Assembly (NCBI GenBank): GCA_964434815.1
Contig: CAYSXF010000018.1
Coordinates: 1-14,258 of the forward strand
Direction of reading: 5' to 3'
Origin: an uncultured Lentisphaeraceae bacterium
GTDB taxonomy: Bacteria > Verrucomicrobiota > Kiritimatiellia > RFP12 > UBA1067
Length of the DNA: 14,258 nucleotides
Below, piece after piece: positions 1 to 6,381 of the stretch. The notes beneath the pieces are model-generated. The model was given only the letters and a program-made list of their open reading frames with translations, was not told where the DNA came from and made no database searches. A program made the position numbers and the translations under genes. Each line of letters starts with the position of its first letter. Positions within the stretch are counted from its first letter, which is position 1.

Positions 1-50
1 TACGAGATAGCTTCAGGTGACTGGAGTTCAGACTTGTGCTCTTCCGATCT
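1..50. other. Illumina library adapter (end of P7 'TACGAGAT' + 8-nt index 'AGCTTCAG' + TruSeq read-2 adapter GTGACTGGAGTTCAGAC[T]TGTGCTCTTCCGATCT, 1 mismatch); non-biological contig-end contamination
   Basis: Nt 1-8 tacgagat, 9-16 agcttcag, 17-50 match the 34-nt TruSeq adapter with a single G>T. From memory the index corresponds to TruSeq HT i7 D707 (CTGAAGCT). Confidence 0.93.
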
Positions 51-1179
51 GCTCGAACTTCTTCGAATCTTGGGCTGCAAGCTCGCGGTCGCGGATAATG
101 CTGGCGATCTCTTGGGGCGCGAGGATATCGCGAATCAGCACCGAATTGAGCGAGATACCCCAAGGCTGGCAGATGGCCTTCAAATAGGTTTCGAGGCTAT
201 CTTGGAAGGCTTGGCGGGACTCGCCCACAATTAACTCGGTGGCGCATTTCTTGCTGCCTTCGATGCGGAAGAAGCCGCGTGCGCTGGGCAATATCAGCTT
301 CTGCATAATATCGTCCATGTCGCCCACCTCATGGGTGGGCTGCGCGACCTTCTCGCGGCTGAGGTTGAACTCCAGCGTGCCTTCGACCGTGACTGGGAAG
401 CCGTCGAGGGTCAGGAACATGATGGCGTCATCGCCGTTGAACTCGAAGCGCTGGCTTTGGATAGTGACGATCGAAACGGCGTACAGGAAGGGGTTGAGGC
501 GGTGTGTGCCCTCTTTGAGCACCTCGCTCTGAACACCCTTGAAACCGGGTGCGGCGAGAAAGCCCTTATCCGCAGAAGGCGCTGCGGCGCTGCCGGTGAG
601 GATGTCGGTGCCACATAATAAGGTGACAACGCCCACATGGCCGGGAGCGATTTTGATGTCGTCGAAGAGCTTCACTTCGTAGGCGTAGGGGTTGATGCGG
701 TGCTTGCCTGTGCCGAGCACGTCGCGCACGATGCCTTTGTAGTTTTCGTCTGGCGCGATGATCTGGCCGCCGGGCAGGTCCTTGCCGTATTTCCGAACCA
801 GCACGCCGAACTTGCCGGCCGGGATATCTGTGGCCTTGATGATCGTCCAGCTCCAGGTATAGGGGTTGCGGAAGAAGCGGCCTTCGGGCAGCACGTCGGG
901 CTGGATGCCCTTGTACTCGGGCGAATCGGCGAGGATGCGCTCGACCGGCAGGTTCTTGCCGGTCTTTTTGACGAGCACGGCTATCTCGCCGCTGTCGGGC
1001 TCGATGCGCCAGCAGAACCACCACCACAGCGTGCCTAGAATGAAAGCGGCCACAAGCAGGAAAGGCAGCAAGGCAATGGCGGGCAGGGATGGCATGGGCG
1101 GCAGGGGCGAGCGCTGGGGCGGCGTGGCCGGGCGGCGCGGCTGGAGCGGCGGCGGGACGGGATTTGATTCGTCGTTCAT
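51..1179 (-). CDS. SPFH/band-7 (stomatin/HflK-like) membrane protein, 3'-truncated at the contig end. The ORF-track stop at 28-30 and the last ~7 codons lie in adapter sequence.
   Basis: Pro-rich N-terminus, then a TM helix (LPAIALLPFLLVAAFILGTLWWWF). C-terminal part carries typical SPFH motifs (ISLNSVLIRDILAPQEIASIIRDRELAAQ). Strong SD GGAGGU 7 nt upstream of the ATG at 1179. Tandem internal ~57-aa duplication (VLVKKTGKNLP.. / VLVRKYGKDLP..). Confidence 0.75.
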
Positions 1180-1295
1180 AAAAGTGACCTCCGAATGATG
1201 CTGTCAGTTTACCGGACTATATGCAGACCTGTCTATGGCAAAACACAAAAGCGCAGGCTCGCGTATTGACGGGTTTTGCGGGGACGTGATACCGT
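1180..1295. promoter_or_regulatory. Divergent intergenic/promoter region between the SPFH gene and fkp; sigma70-like TTGACG (1267-1272) with TGATAC ~15-16 nt downstream
   Basis: 116-bp non-coding gap between divergently oriented start codons. The -35/-10 assignment is by eye only. Confidence 0.3.
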
Positions 1296-4200
1296 TTGCG
1301 CATGACACCTTTTGATATTCTTGTTCTGACGGCGGCGAACGAAGCGCAGGCGGACGGCTACCGGGCACAGTTGGCGTGGCGGCAGGCGAACGGCTTGCTC
1401 GACCCGGCCACGCGCGTGCTCGTGATCACGGATCCCGGCGGGCGGCGAGTGGGGTCCCTCGGCGCGACGCTGAACGTGCTGGCCGTGTTGGCGGATGAGA
1501 ACGGAGGCCGGAGATCAGAGGCCAGAAGCCGGAGAGAAAAGTCCGACCTCCGACCTCCGACCTCCGACTTTCAATCTCTGTTCGAAGGCAAGCGCATCCT
1601 GATTTGCCACTCGGGCGGCGACAGCCGCCGCACGCCGGCTTACGCGGCGCAGGGCAAAGTCTTCACGCCCGTGCCGACGGTCGCGGCGAACGGTGTACCG
1701 CTGGCGCTCTTCGATCTCATTCTGCGCACGGTGCAGGAGCTGCCCGTGCCTGCGGCGGGGCATGTGCTGGTCACATCCGGCGACGTGCTGCTGACCTTCG
1801 ACCATGCGTCGGTCGATCTCTCGCGGCCGGGTGTCACAGGCGTGGCGTACTTCGGGCCGGTCGAGCGGGGGTCGCGCCACGGCGTGTATGTGCCTGAGAA
1901 TTTCCGCTCAAACCCGCTGGGGACGGAGTGCGTGCCGGTGATCGATTTTCTTCAGAAGCCCTCGGAGACCGAGGCGCGAGCATGCGGCGCGGTTGACCCC
2001 TTTGGCCACGTGGCGGTGGATACTGGACTGGTGAGCTTCGATCCTGCGACCTGCGCGAAGTTGCTGGAGGTGGCGGGATGGAAGGGGAGGAACGCCCAAC
2101 GCTCAACGAATAAAGGGATAACAAAAAAAGGCCTGCTGGCGGAAATCATCGACGGCTCCTGCCCTGCGTTGGACCTCTATGAGGAGCTGACCATGGCGGT
2201 GACGCCGCGCTTCGACGAGGCGCGTTTCCTCGAACGTTTCGTGGGCGGGCGCGGGCGCGACGCTGCGCACGGCCGCCGGATGAGCGCTTTCTACCGCGCG
2301 ATGCGCTCGGTTCCGTTCCAGGTGAACATCGTGCCGTACTGCGAGTTCTTCCACATCGGCAGCAGCCGCGAGCTGCTCTCCGGTTTCTCCGGACTCTCGC
2401 GCACGGCGCAGGAGTACCGCTTCGCCAACGGCAGCGGCGCGTGCGTGACAAGCGGCGGCGAGACTGGCCGCGCGTTCGTATTCAACGCACGCATCGCCTG
2501 TGCGCTCAAGACCGGCACCGCGCTCATCGAGGCGGTGCATGCCGCCGAGTGCCCGAAACTGGAGTTGGAGGGCGATAACATTCTGACGGGCCTGCCGCCC
2601 GAAGCCAAAGTGGCCATATGGTTGGCTAAAGGAATCGGGCTGGTATGTCTGCCGATCGGCAAAGCAGAATGGGCGGTCATCGCATATGGGATCGACGACG
2701 ATTTCAAGACGCCGTTCGGCGGCGGCAAGCCGTGCCTTTTCCTGAACCAACCGATCGAGTCCTGGATGGCTCGCAACGGTGTGGCCGAGGAGAAGCTTTG
2801 GCAGGGCGACCAGAAGGACGGCCTGTGGCGCGCGCGGCTGTGGCGCGTCGGCGCGCTGGACGACGTGTTGGCCGAGGCGGTCGTTGTGGGGCGCGGCGAC
2901 GGGTGGACCGACGGCGTGCGGGAACGCCGGGCCAGCATCGCCGAGCTGCTGCCGCGCGTGAACCACGACCGGCTGCTGGCGGTGCGACAGGAGATCCGGC
3001 GGCAGGTGAATCTGATGCGCGTCACGGAGCGGCTGCTGGCCGACGACGCGTTGCCCGCTGCGACCGTCTGCGGCGAGATCCAAACGCCGGACGAGGCCGC
3101 GCTTGTTCTGAGGCAGCTTGCGCTTCTGCTCGAAGGGGTGGCTTTCGACAAGCCGCTGTTGCGCGCGCGCGTTCTGCGCCTCGCGGCCATGATCCAGAAT
3201 GGAAAGCAGAAGCCGGAGGGCGGAAGTCGGAAGTCGGAACGGGGGACAAAGATTGCTGAGTTGCCGATCTCCGACCTCCGGTCTCTGACGTCTGATCCCC
3301 AGGCGGCAGCGTTCGCGGCCGTGTCTGAAGCGGTGGCCGTGAGCTTCGAACCGGCGGATAAGCCGCGCCCGGCGGCGATCCTGCACGATCAGGTGGTCTG
3401 GGTGACCACGCCCGTGCGCATCGACTTCGCGGGCGGCTGGTCGGACACGCCGCCGATCTGCACCGAACAGGGCGGCACGGTGCTGAACGCGGCGGTGACG
3501 CTCAACGGGCTCTATCCCATCCAAGTGATTGCCAAGCTCAACACGTCGGGGTGCATCCGCCTCTCCAGCATCGATCTGGGCGAGCGCAAAGAAATCCGCA
3601 CCACGGCGGAGCTGCTCGACCACCGCGATCCGCACGACTGGGCGGCGCTGGCTAAGGCGGCGCTGATCCTCGCGGGCGTCGGTCCGTCGCGCAAGGATGA
3701 GCTGCTCGGCAAGTGGCTGGAAGTATTGGGCGGCGGGCTTGATCTGACCATTTTCTCTTCGCTGCCCAAAGGCTCGGGCATGGGCACGAGTTCGATTCTC
3801 GGCGCGGCGGTGATCGCCTGTCTCGACCGCGTGTTCGGCGTGCCGTTCAACACGGACCGGCTGATCCGCATGACGTCGATTCTGGAGCAGCGCATGTGCA
3901 CGGGCGGCGGGTGGCAGGATCAGGTGGGCGGCATCATGCCGGGCGTGAAGCTGATCCGCACCCAGCCGGGAACCGACCAGACGGTGGCGTTGCGCTGGAC
4001 GGTTTTCGACATGTCCGAGGCGAGCGAGCTGAAGCGGCGCTGCCTGCTCTATTTCACAGGGCAGAAGCGCATGGCGCGCAACATCCTCCAGAACGTCGTG
4101 AACGGCTATCTGGCGCGCGACCCGCTCGTGCTGCAGACCGTGCGCGATCTGAAGGTGTCGGCGGTCGAGACCAAAGAGGCGCTCGACGCGCAGGATATCG

Positions 4201-4484
4201 ACGGGTTCGCGCGGGGCATCGCGCGGTATTGGGAACTCAAGAAGCAGATCGATCCGGGATCGACCAATGCGCCGATCGAAAAATTGCTGAAGTCGGTCGC
4301 GCAGGAGACGCAGGCGGCGCTGCTGCCCGGCGCAGGCGGCGGCGGCTTTATTTTCATGCTTGCAAAGAGTGCGGCGGCGGCCGCGCGCATCCGGCGCACG
4401 TTCGAGGCGAACCCGCCCAACGCCCACGCTCGGTTCTTCGACTTCGGCGTGGATCAGCAGGGGCTGAAGGTAACTGTACTGTAG
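1296..4484 (+). CDS. fkp: Bifunctional L-fucokinase / L-fucose-1-phosphate guanylyltransferase (Fkp-like). N-terminal fucokinase-family nucleotidyltransferase domain, C-terminal GHMP-kinase domain.
   Basis: N-terminus DILVLTAANEAQADGYRAQLAWRQ...RRVGSLGATLNVLAV resembles the fucokinase-family N-domain (cf. human FCSK IVLTCQHKDS.../VGSGGATLNALLV). C-terminal GHMP motif LPKGSGMGTSSILGAAVIACL and VRIDFAGGWSDTPP. Long, gap-free ORF of 1062 aa. Confidence 0.8.
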   Translation: MRMTPFDILVLTAANEAQADGYRAQLAWRQANGLLDPATRVLVITDPGGRRVGSLGATLNVLAVLADENGGRRSEARSRREKSDLRPPTSDFQSLFEGKRILICHSGGDSRRTPAYAAQGKVFTPVPTVAANGVPLALFDLILRTVQELPVPAAGHVLVTSGDVLLTFDHASVDLSRPGVTGVAYFGPVERGSRHGVYVPENFRSNPLGTECVPVIDFLQKPSETEARACGAVDPFGHVAVDTGLVSFDPATCAKLLEVAGWKGRNAQRSTNKGITKKGLLAEIIDGSCPALDLYEELTMAVTPRFDEARFLERFVGGRGRDAAHGRRMSAFYRAMRSVPFQVNIVPYCEFFHIGSSRELLSGFSGLSRTAQEYRFANGSGACVTSGGETGRAFVFNARIACALKTGTALIEAVHAAECPKLELEGDNILTGLPPEAKVAIWLAKGIGLVCLPIGKAEWAVIAYGIDDDFKTPFGGGKPCLFLNQPIESWMARNGVAEEKLWQGDQKDGLWRARLWRVGALDDVLAEAVVVGRGDGWTDGVRERRASIAELLPRVNHDRLLAVRQEIRRQVNLMRVTERLLADDALPAATVCGEIQTPDEAALVLRQLALLLEGVAFDKPLLRARVLRLAAMIQNGKQKPEGGSRKSERGTKIAELPISDLRSLTSDPQAAAFAAVSEAVAVSFEPADKPRPAAILHDQVVWVTTPVRIDFAGGWSDTPPICTEQGGTVLNAAVTLNGLYPIQVIAKLNTSGCIRLSSIDLGERKEIRTTAELLDHRDPHDWAALAKAALILAGVGPSRKDELLGKWLEVLGGGLDLTIFSSLPKGSGMGTSSILGAAVIACLDRVFGVPFNTDRLIRMTSILEQRMCTGGGWQDQVGGIMPGVKLIRTQPGTDQTVALRWTVFDMSEASELKRRCLLYFTGQKRMARNILQNVVNGYLARDPLVLQTVRDLKVSAVETKEALDAQDIDGFARGIARYWELKKQIDPGSTNAPIEKLLKSVAQETQAALLPGAGGGGFIFMLAKSAAAAARIRRTFEANPPNAHARFFDFGVDQQGLKVTVL
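1542..1569 (+). repeat. Heptanucleotide tandem repeat (TCCGACC)x4 inside the fkp CDS; encodes the low-complexity linker SDLRPPTSDF
   Basis: tccgacc tccgacc tccgacc tccgact read directly. The repeat unit is 7 bp, so it is not a multiple of 3. Confidence 0.9.
3207..3283 (+). repeat. Second low-complexity insert in fkp. Same 12-mer CAGAAGCCGGAG as at 1523-1534, followed by (CGGAAGT)x2+CGGAAC (3221-3240) and the inverted partner TCCGACC TCCGGTC (3270-3283)
   Basis: cggaagtcgga and tccgacctccg are near reverse complements (1 mismatch), giving an imperfect hairpin with a ~30-nt loop. 12-nt identity with segment 1523-1534. Confidence 0.8.
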
Positions 4485-4504
4485 AAGCTACTCGAACGTC
4501 TGCC

Positions 4505-4696
4505 TTAGCAACGGGCGAGTTGCGGCAGGTGGTCGAAATGCGCGTCGCGTGAACAGAGTGGCAGGTCATGCTGGACGCACAGGGCGGCGATCCAGAGATC
4601 GTTTGTGGGGATCGGAGTCCCTTGCATCCGCAGTTGTGCGAACAACCCCGCATAGGCGTGCGTGGTCTGTTCGCTGAGGAGGATTCTCATTTCCAC
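4505..4696 (-). pseudogene. vapC: Truncated PIN-domain toxin VapC (C-terminal half only, ~63 aa; N-terminal catalytic Asp/Glu region missing)
   Basis: RILLSEQTTHAYAGLFAQLRMQGTPIPTNDLWIAA...SRDAHFD matches the distal half of VapC PIN domains (AA.AYA.I.A.LR..G.PI..ND.IAA ... D..F). The ORF starts with GTG at 4696 and overlaps the vapB stop, leaving no room for the first ~65 aa of a PIN domain. Confidence 0.6.
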
Positions 4697-4938
4697 AGGG
4701 CCTTGTCCACCTTGTCCATGCTCTTCAGGGCGGCGTCAAACGCCGGATCTTCGATCCATGACCCGGCAACAGGGTCGAGATCATGGCTGCACGGCGGTTC
4801 TCCGCTCATGCCCAACCCAACGGCCAGAATGTTTAGCGCAACGGAGTTGAGACTCTGTCGCTCGCGTATCGCACGCGACCTCAGTTCATGATCGACGGCT
4901 TCTGGCACGTCCCGCAAGGTATACCGTATGCTTTTCAT
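4687..4938 (-). CDS. vapB: Ribbon-helix-helix antitoxin of the VapB/FitA (StbC) family
   Basis: MKSIRYTLRDVPEAVDHELRSRAIRERQSLNSVALNILA resembles FitA/VapB RHH antitoxins. 83 aa. Sits immediately upstream of, and overlapping, the PIN fragment. Confidence 0.65.
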   Translation of the reverse strand: MKSIRYTLRDVPEAVDHELRSRAIRERQSLNSVALNILAVGLGMSGEPPCSHDLDPVAGSWIEDPAFDAALKSMDKVDKALWK

Positions 4939-4989
4939 GCATCCAGTATTGGCGAATTCTGCCTACATTGTCAATGGTTGGTCACACCG

Positions 4990-5787
4990 TTACACATGCA
5001 CAGCGGCAGGCGTGCGGCGCGCGAACTCGGCGGCGAAGGCGCGGTAAGCCTCCGCGCCCTTGCTGGACGGATCGTAGAAAACGACCGGCTTGCCGAAGCT
5101 CGGTGCCTCGCTGATGCGCACGTTGCGCGGAATCACGGTTTCGTACACCTTGTCGCCGAAGTGGGAGCGGACCTCCGTCACCACGTCAGCAGCGAGGCGC
5201 GTGCGCCCGTCGAACATGGTCATGAGGATGCCCTCTAGTTGCAAGCCGGGGTTGACGCCGTTGTCGTGCAACTGGTTGATCAGCGAGGTAATCACGCTCA
5301 GCCCCTCCATGGCGTAGTACTCGCACTGCATGGGCACCACGACGGCGTCGGCCGCCGCGAGCGAGGAGGTCATGAGGATGCCGAGCGAGGGCGGGCAGTC
5401 CATGAGCACGTAGTCGAACACGCCTGCGGTGAGCACGCGGTCAAGCACGTTGCGCACCACCGCGAGGTGGTTCTCCGTCCGGGCGATCTCGATTTCCGCG
5501 CCCGCAAGGTCGAGTTCTGAGGGGATGATGTTGATGCCCTCGTACGGCGTGGCCTGGATGATGTCAGCCACGTCGGCGGCACCGGTGAGCACGGGATACA
5601 GGCTGACGCCGGGCTGGCGCTGCAGGCCGAGGCCGCTGGTGGCGTTCGCCTGCGGGTCGAGGTCGATGACCAGCACCGTCTTCTTCAGCTCCGACAAAGC
5701 GGCAGCCAGATTGACCACCGTGGTCGTTTTGCCGACTCCGCCTTTCTGGTTGGCGATGGCGATGACGCGCGAACTCCGTGTGCTCAT
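4990..5787 (-). CDS. parA: ParA/Soj-family partition ATPase (deviant Walker A KGGVGKTTT). No parB follows.
   Basis: VIAIANQKGGVGKTTTVVNLAAAL, DLDPQANATSGLG and C-terminal EAPSFGKPVVFYDPSSKGAEAYRAFA are typical Soj/ParA. Start ATG (5787-5785) overlaps the leuD stop TGA (5786-5784) as ATGA. Confidence 0.9.
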   Translation of the reverse strand: MSTRSSRVIAIANQKGGVGKTTTVVNLAAALSELKKTVLVIDLDPQANATSGLGLQRQPGVSLYPVLTGAADVADIIQATPYEGINIIPSELDLAGAEIEIARTENHLAVVRNVLDRVLTAGVFDYVLMDCPPSLGILMTSSLAAADAVVVPMQCEYYAMEGLSVITSLINQLHDNGVNPGLQLEGILMTMFDGRTRLAADVVTEVRSHFGDKVYETVIPRNVRISEAPSFGKPVVFYDPSSKGAEAYRAFAAEFARRTPAAVHV

Positions 5788-6332
5788 TTCTTAATCATCC
5801 CTATTTCGCGGGCGTAGGCGAACATGCCGCCTGCGGCGATGACCGGCGCGACCGCGCCGACCGGTTTAAGTGCGAAGACGGCGCCGTCCGACAGGCGGGT
5901 GATCGTATTTTTCGCAATGTTCACTTCGGCCAGGTCGCCGGTCTTGAACGCGCCGCACAGGCGCTTTTCCGATTCGAGCGGGAAAATCTCGCCGGTGGCC
6001 ACCGAATTGCGGAAGAAGATGCGCGCGTAGCTCTCCGCCACGACTGCCTTGGCGCCGGCCGCGCCCAAGGCGATCGGCGCGTGTTCGCGCGACGAGCCGC
6101 AGCCGAAGTTGCGCCCGCCAATGACGATCGGGTAGGGCGTGGTGCCGTCGGGGTTCGACGCGTATTTCGGGAAGGTCTCGGGAAGCCCGGCCAGCGCGTA
6201 CGAGCCGAGCTTACGGTACTCTTCCGGAATCGTCGGAACCAGGTTCAGGTAACAGGCCGGGATAAGCAGGTCGGTGTCGATGTTGTCTTCGAGCACGTAG
6301 ACCGGGCCGCGGATCAGGGTGTCTTTTGGCAT
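5784..6332 (-). CDS. leuD: 3-isopropylmalate dehydratase small subunit (LeuD, short type 2). True start is MPKDTLIRG at 6332, not the upstream GTG-extended ORF to 6521.
   Basis: MPKDTLIRGPVYVLEDNIDTD...GGRNFGCGSSREHAP is an aconitase swivel-domain small subunit. SD GGAGAA 5 nt upstream of the ATG at 6332. The upstream extension (MKWWSARPTATSS...) is Arg/Pro-rich junk that overlaps the terminator hairpin. Confidence 0.85.
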   Translation of the reverse strand: MPKDTLIRGPVYVLEDNIDTDLLIPACYLNLVPTIPEEYRKLGSYALAGLPETFPKYASNPDGTTPYPIVIGGRNFGCGSSREHAPIALGAAGAKAVVAESYARIFFRNSVATGEIFPLESEKRLCGAFKTGDLAEVNIAKNTITRLSDGAVFALKPVGAVAPVIAAGGMFAYAREIGMIKK

Positions 6333-6344
6333 AACGGTTCTCCG

Positions 6345-6377
6345 AAAAAAGGGAGGGCGGGCACGGAGACCCGCCCC
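6345..6377 (-). terminator. Intrinsic-terminator-like hairpin between leuC stop and leuD start. On the minus-strand RNA: GGGCGGG-UCUCCGUG-CCCGCCC then UCCC-UUUUUU.
   Basis: Perfect 7-bp GC stem (6355-6361 / 6370-6376), 8-nt loop, and an A6 run at 6345-6350 that is a U6 tract on the transcribed strand. It is immediately followed by the leuD RBS and ATG. Confidence 0.5.
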
Positions 6378-6381
6378 AACG

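Noticed and set aside
566-1038. 153-aa minus and 133-aa plus ORFs overlapping the SPFH gene
   Set aside because: Alternative-frame or antisense overlaps with Arg-rich composition. The SPFH frame has a clear TM helix, internal repeats and band-7 motifs.
2103-4427. 774-aa minus-strand ORF (plus 2291-3190 and others) antisense to fkp
   Set aside because: Extremely Arg/Ala/Pro-rich with no recognisable motifs. It is the typical stop-codon-poor antisense frame of a high-GC gene, whereas the sense frame carries unmistakable GHMP-kinase and fucokinase motifs.
4568-4891. 107-aa plus-strand ORF across the vapB/vapC region
   Set aside because: Antisense to two minus-strand ORFs that have family-specific motifs (RHH antitoxin, PIN C-terminus). 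No motifs of its own.
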